Source of the DNA: an uncultured Actinomycetes bacterium
GTDB lineage: Bacteria > Actinomycetota > Actinomycetes > S36-B12
Reading direction: 5' to 3'
DNA: 64,000 bases
Assembly (NCBI GenBank): GCA_963842725.1
Contig: CAWJHN010000003.1
Coordinates: forward strand, 107,536-171,535
Position 1 is the first letter of the stretch. Every line of letters starts with the position of its first letter. The notes beneath the pieces were generated by a model. The model saw nothing but the letters and a program-made list of their open reading frames with translations. It was not told the origin of the DNA and searched no databases. The position numbers and the translations under genes were made by a program. Of the stretch, positions 8,722-18,269 are shown piece by piece.

Positions 8722-9864
8722 TCACTGTGCTGCCGGATTGACGCTCGGGTACGGCTGGTCGACGAACGTGACGTACTCCTTGGCAACCGCGAGCAGAGAC
8801 CACCGGCTGCCGTCGTCACCCTCGAGGAGGTAGGAGGGCAGGATCAGCAGATCGCCGTCCGGCTGCCAGTACTGCGCGAGCCCGAGCTCCGCGCCCGTCA
8901 CCACGATTCCCGATAGCGGCACCCGCAGGGCCGGTCGGTCCGGGGTTGGCTCGGGCCGGACCGGGGTGGCCGTGGCGACGACGGCCGGCTCGGTCTCGGC
9001 GACCGTCTCGAAGACCGGCGTCGGACCGATCACCGCCCATGTCGGCAGCGCCGACCTTCGAACGGCGGTGGCGGCACCCACGACGGGATAGCCCGCCACC
9101 TCCTCGAGGCTGGCCGCGAAACCCGACACGCCGGAAACGGCAGCTCCGTTCCCGAACACGACCTGCCAGTTCAGGTGGCTGCGCGACCCGTCGACCAGTT
9201 GCCACGCCGTGACGGTCGTGCCCGCGTCGTATCGATCCACCTGCCACGCCACCGCGTCGACCTCGACGCCGACGCCGGCGAGCAGGTTCGACGCCAGTTC
9301 CGCGGCCCGATCGGGTCCCAGCGGCTTGGCTGCATCGCTGGCGGCCGATGCGGCCGGGTCCGAGAAGCTCCAGGAGACAAGCGGGTCGTCCGCGACCCGC
9401 AGGCTCGGGCCGGAACCGTCGTCCGACCCCACGAGCCATCCGCCGTCGACGGCGACCGCCTCACCGGCGACCCCGAAGGCGGCGGCCAGCGATGCGGCGA
9501 CGTCTGCACCGATCAGTCCCGCGTCGGTGACGCGGTACCCGGACGCGGTGGCCGGCGTGTCCGGCAGCTCGGGGTCCGGGGAGAACACGGCGGGCACGGA
9601 GGCGGGCATCGTGCCCTCGACGGTCAGTCCGGGGTTGGCCGCGTTCGCCACCGGCGAGGCTGCGCCGGACGGCAGCGCGTCGACCAGCGGGGCCTCCTCG
9701 ACGACGGGCTCCGGTGCCACGACGATGTCGGGACCCGGGGCCGTCGCCCGACCCACCAGGAGCCCGCCCGCGGCGGCCGCGACCAGCCCGACGACCACGA
9801 GGGCGATCGGCAAGGTCCGGCGCACGCGCGCAGGAGTCGAACCGGCGACCTCCGAATCCGACAC
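8722..9864 (-). CDS. Hypothetical membrane-anchored extracellular protein
   Basis: One N-terminal TM helix, Pro/Ala linker, acidic globular domain; SD ggagg upstream. Confidence 0.7.
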   Translation of the reverse strand: MSDSEVAGSTPARVRRTLPIALVVVGLVAAAAGGLLVGRATAPGPDIVVAPEPVVEEAPLVDALPSGAASPVANAANPGLTVEGTMPASVPAVFSPDPELPDTPATASGYRVTDAGLIGADVAASLAAAFGVAGEAVAVDGGWLVGSDDGSGPSLRVADDPLVSWSFSDPAASAASDAAKPLGPDRAAELASNLLAGVGVEVDAVAWQVDRYDAGTTVTAWQLVDGSRSHLNWQVVFGNGAAVSGVSGFAASLEEVAGYPVVGAATAVRRSALPTWAVIGPTPVFETVAETEPAVVATATPVRPEPTPDRPALRVPLSGIVVTGAELGLAQYWQPDGDLLILPSYLLEGDDGSRWSLLAVAKEYVTFVDQPYPSVNPAAQ

Positions 9865-9873
9865 GTCCGCCTC

Positions 9874-11100
9874 CTACTCCGCTGACTCCATCGGAATGGG
9901 CACGTTCGGAGCCTGCCTGCGATCCATGAAGAGGCCGACGAAGGTCAGGACGAGGGAGACCGCCACGACCGTCGTGACGATCTCCGCGACCGAGGAGTGC
10001 CGCCAGCCGGCGACGATCGCGACCAGGACGGCCAGCGCCACCCACACCGCGATGACCGCGCTCTTGTCCTGGGTCGCCAGACGGGCATAGAGCAGCACCT
10101 GCACGAGTGCGAAGGCCGATCCCTCCAGGGCGAACAGCCACGCCTCGGATCCGAGCTGGGTGTACTGGGCGCCACCGAGGATCCGGATGACGAAGTCGCC
10201 GAAGAAGAAGCTGAACGCCGTGACGACGAGACCGAGGCTGGCCGTCAGGCCGGCGGCGAGATAGACCGCACGCCGGGAGTTGCCGGCCGTCATCTTCGGG
10301 AAGAGCACGATCACGATCGCGTTCGGCAGGAAGAACGCGATCTTGGCCAGCTGGACCCCGACGGAGTACTCGCCCGACTGGTCGGCGGTGAGGAAGTACC
10401 GGGCCAGAAGGACATCGACGTTGGTGAGCGTGAACAGCACGAACAGCGCATGGACGACATGGGCGAACTCGATCGTGACCCCGCGCGATACTCCCGGGTG
10501 CCACGTGCGCGGGCAGATCAGCTGGTAGGCGACGGCAGCGCCGACCGCGCATCCCACGAAGACGCCGATCCCGACGCCCACCACGCTCGCCAGCACGGCG
10601 ACGCCGATCAGGCCGCCGATCGCTCGGCCGAGCTGGTTGGCGATGAAGGCCCACGACAGCCGCATGTGCTCCTCGCGGCCCTGGGCGATGCCCATCGCGG
10701 CGGAACCGAAGACCACGAAGCCGATCGAGCCGATGCCCGTCGCCACGGCCAGCATCGGGATCGTGAACAGCTGGCCCAGCGGCCAGGACACGAGAACCCC
10801 GGCCACCATGATCAGGACGCCCACGATGGCCGACAGGCGGATCGCCTCGCCCTCCACGTCGTGGCGGTCCGTGGTGGCCACCGCCACCCGACGAGCGGTG
10901 AGCGCCTGAGTGGCGATGGCGACCGTCGCCACGATGACATTGAGGCCGAGCAGCGCACCGAGAGCGCCGAACTCCGCAGGCGTGAGCACTCGCGCCGCGA
11001 TCATCGACAGCAGGAAGGAGGCGCCGTTGCCCACCACGGTTGCCGCGCCAACGAAGATCAGCCCCTTGGCCAGGGCCGCGCGGGGCTGGGGCGCACTCAC
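9874..11100 (-). CDS. Oligosaccharide flippase (Wzx/MOP-like) family protein
   Basis: About 12 TM segments; ARVLTPAEFG, LTNVDVLLARYFL, LFP motifs; TAGGGT -10 box 6 nt upstream. Confidence 0.75.
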   Translation of the reverse strand: MSAPQPRAALAKGLIFVGAATVVGNGASFLLSMIAARVLTPAEFGALGALLGLNVIVATVAIATQALTARRVAVATTDRHDVEGEAIRLSAIVGVLIMVAGVLVSWPLGQLFTIPMLAVATGIGSIGFVVFGSAAMGIAQGREEHMRLSWAFIANQLGRAIGGLIGVAVLASVVGVGIGVFVGCAVGAAVAYQLICPRTWHPGVSRGVTIEFAHVVHALFVLFTLTNVDVLLARYFLTADQSGEYSVGVQLAKIAFFLPNAIVIVLFPKMTAGNSRRAVYLAAGLTASLGLVVTAFSFFFGDFVIRILGGAQYTQLGSEAWLFALEGSAFALVQVLLYARLATQDKSAVIAVWVALAVLVAIVAGWRHSSVAEIVTTVVAVSLVLTFVGLFMDRRQAPNVPIPMESAE

Positions 11101-11120
11101 GCGCCCACCCTACTGATGGC

Positions 11121-11156
11121 GACGGACCCCCGGTCGCAGTCGACCGGGGGTCCGTC
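11121..11156 (-). terminator. Terminator hairpin downstream of trpB2
   Basis: Perfect 16-bp stem gacggacccccggtcg-cagt-cgaccgggggtccgtc. Confidence 0.75.
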
Positions 11157-11168
11157 GGACCGTTCGGG

Positions 11169-12542
11169 TCAGCCAGTCACCTGCGGAAGCGTCGCGAGCG
11201 CCTCCGCGAAGCGCTCGTCCGACACCTCCTCGTCGGTCATCGAGCCATTGAGGTAGGCGTCGTAGGCGGCCAGGTCGAAGTGCCCGTGGCCGCAGAGTGC
11301 CGTGAGGATCACTGTCTCCTCCCCGGTCTCCTTGGCCTTGAGCGCCTCGCGAATGGCGATGGCCAGCGCGTGCGTCGGCTCCGGCGCTGCGACGATGCCC
11401 TCGGTGCGCGCGAACTGCACTGCGGCGGCGAAGCACTCCGTCTGGGGTACCGCGATCGCGTCCATCAGCCCGAGCTCGTAGATGTGCGAGATCAGCGGAG
11501 CCATGCCGTGGTAGCGAAGGCCGCCGGCATGGATCGGGTCGGGGATGAAGTCGTGGCCGAGCGTGTGCATCTTCATCAGCGGGGTCATCCCCGCCGTGTC
11601 GCCGAAGTCGTACGCGTAGACGCCCTTGGTCAGCGACGGGCAGGAGGCCGGTTCGACGGCGAGGATCCGCGGATTCATGCGGCCCTCGAGCTTCTCCTTC
11701 AGGAAGGGGAACGACAGTCCCGCGAAGTTGGAGCCACCGCCCGTGCAGCCCACGATCAGGGTCGGGGTGTCGCCGGCCATCTCCATCTGGAGCAGCGCCT
11801 CCTGGCCGATGATCGTCTGGTGCAGGAGCACGTGGTTGAGCACCGAGCCGAGCGCGTACCGGGTGTTCGGATCCTGCGCGGCCACCTCGACGGCCTCCGA
11901 GATGGCGATGCCGAGCGATCCGGACCAGTTCTTCGGATCGGCCGCGAGCGCACGACCGATCTCGGTCACGTCCGACGGTGAGCGATGGATGCGGCCGCCG
12001 AATGCCTCGATCATCAGCCGGCGGTAGGGCTTGGCGTCGTACGACGCGCCCACCTGCCAGACCTCGCACTCGATGTCGTAGAGGGCGCACGCGAACGCCA
12101 GCGCGGTCCCCCACTGCCCGGCTCCCGTCTCCGTGGTCAGGCGGGTCGTGCCCTCCTTCTTGTTGTAGTACGCCTGCGGCACGGAGGTGTTCGTCTTGTG
12201 CGAGCCGGCCGGCGAGACGCCCTCGTACTTGTAGTAGATCCGGGCAGGGGTGCCGAGGGCCTCCTCGAGGCGATGCGCCCGGAACAGCGGAGACGGGCGC
12301 CACTGCCGGTAGACGTCGAGAACGCCACCCGGGATGTCTATGTACCGCTCGGTCGAGACCTCCTGCATGATCAGGTCCATCGGGAAGAGCGGCATGAGGT
12401 CCTCGGGCCCCACCGGGTCCATCCGGCCAGGGTGCAGCGGCGGAGGCGGGGGCACCGGCAGGTCGGCCATGATGTTGTACCAAGTGGTCGGCATCTGGTC
12501 CTCGTTCAGGAGGAACTTGTGCTGCCGAACGGCGTCGTCCAT
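11169..12542 (-). CDS. trpB2: TrpB-like PLP-dependent enzyme (TrpB2)
   Basis: YKYEGVSPAGSHKTN, TTETGAGQWG, GSLGIAISEA, GGGSNFAG, PIHAGGLRYHG, LCGHGHFDL. Confidence 0.92.
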   Translation of the reverse strand: MDDAVRQHKFLLNEDQMPTTWYNIMADLPVPPPPPLHPGRMDPVGPEDLMPLFPMDLIMQEVSTERYIDIPGGVLDVYRQWRPSPLFRAHRLEEALGTPARIYYKYEGVSPAGSHKTNTSVPQAYYNKKEGTTRLTTETGAGQWGTALAFACALYDIECEVWQVGASYDAKPYRRLMIEAFGGRIHRSPSDVTEIGRALAADPKNWSGSLGIAISEAVEVAAQDPNTRYALGSVLNHVLLHQTIIGQEALLQMEMAGDTPTLIVGCTGGGSNFAGLSFPFLKEKLEGRMNPRILAVEPASCPSLTKGVYAYDFGDTAGMTPLMKMHTLGHDFIPDPIHAGGLRYHGMAPLISHIYELGLMDAIAVPQTECFAAAVQFARTEGIVAAPEPTHALAIAIREALKAKETGEETVILTALCGHGHFDLAAYDAYLNGSMTDEEVSDERFAEALATLPQVTG

Positions 12543-12807
12543 GGCTTGCCACCCTTCACCTGACCCGACCTGCGGGCGTGTTGTCCCAGTGCTTGCGGAC
12601 GGTAGCGCCGCGTCCGCCCCCCTGCAGGCGGATTGGCCAACTCCGTTGCACATGTGACAGAAGTGACGTGTGGGATGAGGTGTGAGTGATCCCACACGGG
12701 CCTCCAGCGACCGTCCGTCTTTCGGACAGCCACGATTCGGGCTCAAGACCGCTGCTTACCGTCGATAGTGCTGCTGGTCCTGACGCGACACCCGTCGCGC
12801 CCCGGCG

Positions 12808-12966
12808 GCCCGCCGAGTCGGCCACGGACCACGCGTGGCGGTACCGGGGACCCAACCGGTCGGGCAACCGACCACGGGGCGAATCAGATGCGAGCCGGCC
12901 ACCGCCGGGCAGCATCGGTAGGGCGACCTTCACGCCCGAGCCCGTCAGCTCACCTGGGAGGCGGCG
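12808..12966 (+). ncRNA. c-di-AMP (ydaO/yuaA) riboswitch
   Basis: Conserved blocks gccgagtc...ggtaccggggaccc...ggggcgaatc...gtagggcgaccttc...cccgagcccgtcagctcacc...ggaggcgg; upstream of a peptidoglycan hydrolase, the typical actinobacterial context. Confidence 0.85.
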
Positions 12967-12983
12967 ATCGAAGGAGTTCCACC

Positions 12984-13634
12984 ATCCGTTCCACAACGCG
13001 CGCAACCGCCATCGTGTTCGCCCTCATGTCCGCCCTCATCGCCGGCGTCGCCTACCTCATGGTGCCGCCGGCCGCTCAGGCACAGACCCCGGTACCGGCC
13101 ACTGGCGCGGTCGTCACGGCCGCCGAATTCGCGGACGTGACCCGGGCCGCCGCGATGCAGGAGGCGGCCATCGGCTTCGCGGCCCAGCGCGCTGCCGCCG
13201 CCCAGCACCTGGCTCGACAGCGGGCGTACCAGACCCGCAACGCGAAGGCCATGCAGGTCCAGCGGCTGCGCGACCGCATCGTCTCGATCGCGCGCAAGCA
13301 GGTCGGCGATCGCTACTCCGCCGGCGCATCCGGCCCGAGCAGCTTCGACTGCTCCGGCCTGACCCGCTACGTGTACCGGGTCGCGGTGGGCAAGGCGCTG
13401 CCGCACCAGTCGTACGCGCAGTACTCGCGCGTCAAGAAGATCTCCCGCAAGAGCGCCCGCCCGGGCGACCTCGTCTTCTTCTTCCGCGGAGGCGCGCACC
13501 ACGTCGGCATCTACATCGGCAACGGCCGCATGGTCGACGCCGCGGGGTACGGCAAGGGTGTGCGCGTCAGCCCCATCACGGGGTCCTGGTGGTCGCGGAC
13601 CTACAGCGGGATGGGCCGCCTTCTGCCGGCGTAG
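12984..13634 (+). CDS. Secreted NlpC/P60 (C40) peptidoglycan endopeptidase; start uncertain (ATC 12984 or ATG 13026)
   Basis: FDCSGL, PGDLVFF and HHVGIYIG motifs; signal peptide ending AAQA. Confidence 0.88.
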   Translation: MRSTTRATAIVFALMSALIAGVAYLMVPPAAQAQTPVPATGAVVTAAEFADVTRAAAMQEAAIGFAAQRAAAAQHLARQRAYQTRNAKAMQVQRLRDRIVSIARKQVGDRYSAGASGPSSFDCSGLTRYVYRVAVGKALPHQSYAQYSRVKKISRKSARPGDLVFFFRGGAHHVGIYIGNGRMVDAAGYGKGVRVSPITGSWWSRTYSGMGRLLPA

Positions 13635-13740
13635 GACGACCGACGCCCGAATGGGGCCGCAGGTCCCTCGGGCCGGCGTCCGCTCGGGCCGCTTTGACTC
13701 GGGCGGACGCCCTTTGGCACGCTGGCCAGGGAGGTGGGTT

Positions 13741-14592
13741 GTGGTCCGGTTCGAGCGTGGTGACCATCATGCCGTCGACCTTGCCTTGACCAAGTCCGGG
13801 CGGCGGGTGAGCGTCTGCATCCCCGCGCACAACGAGGCCCGCACGATCGGGCCGATCGTGCACCGCATCCGCACCAGCCTCATGGACCGGACCGGGCTCG
13901 TCGACGAGCTGATCGTCCTCGACCACGCCTCGACCGACGCCACCGCCGCCGTGTCACGGCGCGCAGGTGCCCGGGTCGTCGCGGCGAACGCGATCCTGCC
14001 GGACTTCGGGCCCGCCGTGGGCAAGGGCGACGTCCTGTGGCGATCGCTCTTCGTGTCGCAGGGTGACCTCATCGTGTGGATCGACGGCGACCTCGCGTCC
14101 TTCACCCCCGCCTACGTGACCCGCCTGATCGAGCCGCTGCTGCTCGATCCTGCGGTCTCGCTGGTCCGGGCCAGCTACGAGCGGTCGCTCGACGGCGCCC
14201 GCGCGGAGGGCGGACGCGTCACCGAGCTGACCGCTCGCCCGGCCCTGCACCTGCTCCGCCCCGAACTGGCCCACATCCGCCAGCCGCTCGGCGGCGAGTA
14301 CGCGATCAGGCGGGACGTCGCGGAGATGGTGCCGTTCGAGGTCGACTACGGCGTGGAGATCGGACTGCTCATCGACGTTGCCGACACGTACGGGATCGAC
14401 TCGATCGCCCAGGTCGACCTCGGCCTGCGGGTCCACCGCAACCGGCCGCTCAGCGAACTGAGCGATCAGGCCGGCCAGGTGCTGCGGTCGGTCCTTTCCC
14501 GTTCCGGCAGCCCGCAGGTGCGTGGCGGGGTCCCATTACGACCCCCGATGTCCGAGGCACGCGTACTGCCGCCCGTCACGCTGCCCGGGTAG
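13741..14592 (+). CDS. gpgS: Glucosyl-3-phosphoglycerate synthase
   Basis: IPAHNE, GKGDVLWRSL, IDGD, GGRVTELTARP, QPLGGEYA, YGVEIGLLID, HRN. Confidence 0.85.
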   Translation: MVRFERGDHHAVDLALTKSGRRVSVCIPAHNEARTIGPIVHRIRTSLMDRTGLVDELIVLDHASTDATAAVSRRAGARVVAANAILPDFGPAVGKGDVLWRSLFVSQGDLIVWIDGDLASFTPAYVTRLIEPLLLDPAVSLVRASYERSLDGARAEGGRVTELTARPALHLLRPELAHIRQPLGGEYAIRRDVAEMVPFEVDYGVEIGLLIDVADTYGIDSIAQVDLGLRVHRNRPLSELSDQAGQVLRSVLSRSGSPQVRGGVPLRPPMSEARVLPPVTLPG

Positions 14593-14630
14593 CCCGGTCC
14601 CGCCACCGGTGGTCGGTCCGGCACGGTCGT

Positions 14631-15998
14631 TCAGGACTTGCGGGCCGGCGGCTGGCCCGCCAGCGGCATGCGGATCACGACGTCGAGGCCGCCCCAGCGT
14701 GACGCATGGGCGGCGGCCGAGCCCCCGACACCGACCACCGACTCGCGGACCAGGGCCAGACCCAGGCCGCTTCCCCCGGGCACCGAGCTGCCGCCCCGGG
14801 TGAAGCGGTCGAAGATGGCCTCGCGCTCGTGGCGCGGCACGCCCGGGCCGTCGTCGGCGACGGACAGCAGCGCTTCGCGGCCGGCTTGTCGAAGGTCGAC
14901 GTGCACGCGGGCCTTGGCGTACTGGAGGGCATTGCCGAGCAACTCGTCGACGACCCGCGCGAGCATGCCCGACGGCGCCTGCACCAGGACGTTCTCATCC
15001 AGGCTGGAGGTCAGCTCGACGTTCCGCTCGGCGAACATCGCCCCCGCCGCCTCGAGGCGGTCGCCGAGGATGTCCGACGCGTTCTGCGCGCCGACGGGGG
15101 CGCTGCCGGCATCCGTCCTCGCCAGGGCCAGGACCTGCTCGATCCGCCGGTTGAGGCGATCCACCTCCGTGGTCGCCGCGCGGGCCTCGGACGCGACGCG
15201 CTCGTCCGTCGTGATGTCCTCGATCGCCTCCAGTCGCAGCCGCACCCCGGTCAGCGGCGTGCGCAGGTGGTGCGAGGCGTCGGCGGCCACGCGCTCCTGC
15301 CGGCGCACGATCCCGGATAGTCGACGGGCCGTGCTGTTCAGCGCCGAGGCAACCGCACGCACCTCCATCGGACCGTGCGACTCGTCCGCCCGCAGCTGCA
15401 GGTCCTCGGGAAGGTCAGCGGCGACCCGGGCGACGCGACGCAGGGGGGAGGCGATCGAGCGGGACAACTGCCAGGCGACCAGGGCCGCGCCCACCATGAC
15501 GCTGAGCACGAAGACGATCAGCCAGCGCTCCGTCTCGCGCACGGCGTCGGAGACGATCGACTCGGGCAGGGAGAGCCGGATCGCGGCCACCACCCCGCCG
15601 TTCTGGACGACCGGTGCGGCCACATACCGGAGTTCCTCGCCGAGGGTGTTCGACTCGCGAACGGACGAGGTCAGGGAGCCCGCGAGGGCCTGGCTGATCT
15701 CTGGCCGGTCGAACAGCCGGTCCAGCGAGGAGTTGTCGCTGTCCGCGATGAGGTTGAGGTTCCGATCGACGACGACGACGCGGGCCCCGGTTCGCTCGGC
15801 GGCCTGCTCGGCAGTGATCTGCCAGTCCACATAGGGCTCGGCCGCCATCGTCGATGCCGTCGACAGCGTGTCGACCTCGAGCCCGGATACGAATGCGGCC
15901 CGCTGGTCGTTGGCCACCACGATGGCCATGGGCACGGCAAGAGCGATGGCCACGACTGCGACGAGCACCGTCATGGCCAGGACGAGCCTTCGGGTCAC
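14631..15998 (-). CDS. HAMP-domain sensor histidine kinase
   Basis: Two TM helices, H-box ASHHLRTPLT, N-box GNALQY, DDGPG, GSGLGL; GTGA overlap with the regulator stop. Confidence 0.92.
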   Translation of the reverse strand: MTRRLVLAMTVLVAVVAIALAVPMAIVVANDQRAAFVSGLEVDTLSTASTMAAEPYVDWQITAEQAAERTGARVVVVDRNLNLIADSDNSSLDRLFDRPEISQALAGSLTSSVRESNTLGEELRYVAAPVVQNGGVVAAIRLSLPESIVSDAVRETERWLIVFVLSVMVGAALVAWQLSRSIASPLRRVARVAADLPEDLQLRADESHGPMEVRAVASALNSTARRLSGIVRRQERVAADASHHLRTPLTGVRLRLEAIEDITTDERVASEARAATTEVDRLNRRIEQVLALARTDAGSAPVGAQNASDILGDRLEAAGAMFAERNVELTSSLDENVLVQAPSGMLARVVDELLGNALQYAKARVHVDLRQAGREALLSVADDGPGVPRHEREAIFDRFTRGGSSVPGGSGLGLALVRESVVGVGGSAAAHASRWGGLDVVIRMPLAGQPPARKS

Positions 15999-16648
15999 GC
16001 GGTATCCACCGCTAGGCGGTACCCGACCCCCCGGACGGTCTCGATGAGGTCGGCGTCGCCGAGCTTCTTGCGCAACGACGCCACGTGCACGTCGAGGGTC
16101 TTGCCCGTCCCGATCCAGACCGGGTCCCACACCCGCGCGAAGAGCTCCTGGCGGGTGACGGCACGACCCGGCTCCTCCGCGAGGACCGCGAGCAGGTCGA
16201 ACTCCTTGGCCGTCAGCTCCACGGTCTCGCCGTCGAGCAGGACGAGGTGGCGGGCCCGATCGACGACCAGCCGGCCGGATTCGAGATTCGACTCGACGCG
16301 ACGACGTCGGGCGACCGCACGCACGCGCGCGGCCAGCTCGCGGACCGAGAACGGCTTGACGACGTAGTCGTCGGCACCCAGCTCGAGCCCGACGATGCGG
16401 TCCGTCTCGTCACCTCTGGCCGTGGCGATGATGACGGGGATGTCGGACGTGCGCCGCAGCTCGCGCAGCACCTCGAGTCCGTCGCCGTCCGGCAGGCCAA
16501 GGTCGAGCAGCACGACGTCGACGTTCTGCGCGGCCGCGATGACCTCGCTGGCGTAGACCACGTGGTCGGTCTCGATGCCATTGCGCTGAAGTCCCGCGAG
16601 CAGCGGCTCGGCAACGACCGGATCGTCCTCGACCACAAGTACCCTCAT
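15995..16648 (-). CDS. OmpR/PhoB-family response regulator
   Basis: VVEDD, LLDLGLPDGDG, GADDYVVKPF, winged helix LTAKEFDLL...VRGVGY. Confidence 0.93.
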   Translation of the reverse strand: MRVLVVEDDPVVAEPLLAGLQRNGIETDHVVYASEVIAAAQNVDVVLLDLGLPDGDGLEVLRELRRTSDIPVIIATARGDETDRIVGLELGADDYVVKPFSVRELAARVRAVARRRRVESNLESGRLVVDRARHLVLLDGETVELTAKEFDLLAVLAEEPGRAVTRQELFARVWDPVWIGTGKTLDVHVASLRKKLGDADLIETVRGVGYRLAVDTA

Positions 16649-16696
16649 GCCGCCATGGTGGCATGCGCCCGGCCCGGATCGCACGCGGCCTCGCTC

Positions 16697-16726
16697 ATCC
16701 GCAAGGGACCAACGGCCCTTGCGGAT
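16697..16726. promoter_or_regulatory. 11-bp inverted repeat in the divergent promoter region
   Basis: atccgcaaggg-N8-cccttgcggat. Confidence 0.45.
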
Positions 16727-16729
16727 CAC

Positions 16730-16785
16730 CCTTACTGCCTTTTTACCTCGACGTGGTGACCTCTTGTTGGCTGGCTCCCTACCTT
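16730..16785 (+). promoter_or_regulatory. Putative OmpR-type direct-repeat box plus -10 element (promoter 1 of the ApbE cluster)
   Basis: ccttact-gcct-ttttacc (11-bp period) at 16730; TACCTT at 16780. Confidence 0.55.
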
Positions 16786-16836
16786 CTGAAGTGCCCGGAT
16801 CGCCTGATCCACCACGACGAGGACGGACACCCAGAC

Positions 16837-17316
16837 ATGACCAGATCACGCCACACGGCCACGCCGATGCGCGGCCTTCGTCGCACGTCGGCCGAGAAGC
16901 TCGTCTCCGCCGGACTCGCCACCGCCGCCTGCGTCGGTCTCGTCGGTGTCATCGGCGTCCGTTCCATCGAGGACAGCGCCGCGAGCCAGAACCAGGCCGA
17001 GCCGGCTCCCGTCGCCGTGGCCCCCGCGGCACCGGCCGTGTCCTCGTCCGGTCTCAGCGAGGCGGACCTCGACGCGTACGCCGCGCAGCTCCAGAAGGAG
17101 AGCGATCGCCTCAACGCCTACCGCGCGAAGCTGGTGAAGACGGCCAAGCAGCTCAAGTCGGCTCGGGCCCAGGCCGCGACCGCCTACAGCGCTCCCGCCG
17201 CCGACGTGCCGAGCGCGTCGTCGGGCGGCGGCTCGTCGAAGCCCGCGGCCAAGCCGGCCGCCAAGCCCGCTGCCCCCGCCGCGCCCGCTGCGCAGTCCAG
17301 CTCGTCAGGCAGCTGA
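16837..17316 (+). CDS. Membrane-anchored coiled-coil protein ending SSSSGS (candidate ApbE substrate, paralog A)
   Basis: RR followed by a TM helix with Cys, amphipathic helix LDAYAAQLQKESDRLNAYRAKL, Ala/Pro linker; clearly similar to 19988..20524. Confidence 0.75.
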   Translation: MTRSRHTATPMRGLRRTSAEKLVSAGLATAACVGLVGVIGVRSIEDSAASQNQAEPAPVAVAPAAPAVSSSGLSEADLDAYAAQLQKESDRLNAYRAKLVKTAKQLKSARAQAATAYSAPAADVPSASSGGGSSKPAAKPAAKPAAPAAPAAQSSSSGS

Positions 17317-17321
17317 CCGGC

Positions 17322-18269
17322 GTGGCCGTGGCCGAGGGCAGGTTCCGGGCCATGGGCACGGACTGCCACGTCATCGTCGTGGCCGACACGCCCATCGTCT
17401 CCGAACTCCTCCCGCTGGCAGTGGAGCGGATCGAGCTGCTCGAGGACTGCTGGAGCCGGTTCCGCCCCGACAGCGAGCTGAACCGTCTCAACGCCGCCGC
17501 CGGGCTCGGCCCGATGCCGGTCTCCAGTGACCTGCTCAACCTGGTCCTGCACATGAAGCACGCCTGGCAGTTGTCGGGTGGGCTGTTCGACCCGACGGTG
17601 CTGCAGGCCGTCCGCGCGCTCGGCTATGACGCCGACTTCGACGAGGTCGTCGCCCGCGACGCGCTGACCGGGGTCGACGAGGCCACCCTGGGGACGACAC
17701 CGGGCATGGCCGCGGTGACCTTCGATCCGCATGCCGGGACCGTGAGCCTGCCGAAGCGGGTGGGCATCGACCCCGGCGCCATCGGCAAGGGCCTAGCGGC
17801 CGACGTGGTCGCCGCGGAGCTCATGTCGGCCGGCGCGGCCGGCGTCCTGGTCAACCTGGGCGGCGACCTCACCTTCGAAGGCGTGACCTCCGATGGCTCG
17901 CCGTGGACGATCGCCGTCCAGGACGAGCGCATCTCGCCCGACCGCTCCGATCGAACGCTGCGACTGCTCGAGTTCCCGAGGCAGACCCGCCACGCCGGCG
18001 TCGCCACCTCGACCACGCTGAAGCGGCGGTGGGCCCAGGGCCGACGCCACCACGTCATCGACCCGCGGACCGGCAACATGAGCGCGAGCGACCTCGTCCA
18101 GGTCACGGTGGCCGCCGACCGTGCCTGGCAGGCCGAGATCACCGCCACCGCGGCGTTGCTCATGCCGGCCGACGAGGCTGCCGGCTGGCTGCGCGCTCGC
18201 GACATCACGGCCATCCTGCTGACCGCCGACCGCACGATCCACTCCGACGAAGAGGTTCACCATGGCTGA
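17322..18269 (+). CDS. apbE: FAD:protein FMN transferase
   Basis: FRAMGT, SRFRPDSELNRLN, GLFDPTV, DPGAIGKG, VNLGGD, VATS, HHVIDPRTG. Confidence 0.92.
   Translation: MAVAEGRFRAMGTDCHVIVVADTPIVSELLPLAVERIELLEDCWSRFRPDSELNRLNAAAGLGPMPVSSDLLNLVLHMKHAWQLSGGLFDPTVLQAVRALGYDADFDEVVARDALTGVDEATLGTTPGMAAVTFDPHAGTVSLPKRVGIDPGAIGKGLAADVVAAELMSAGAAGVLVNLGGDLTFEGVTSDGSPWTIAVQDERISPDRSDRTLRLLEFPRQTRHAGVATSTTLKRRWAQGRRHHVIDPRTGNMSASDLVQVTVAADRAWQAEITATAALLMPADEAAGWLRARDITAILLTADRTIHSDEEVHHG

Noticed and set aside
16647-17321. Long N-terminal extension of ApbE
   Set aside because: Arg-rich off-frame translation over the real gene at 16837..17316; ApbE homology begins near 17322.
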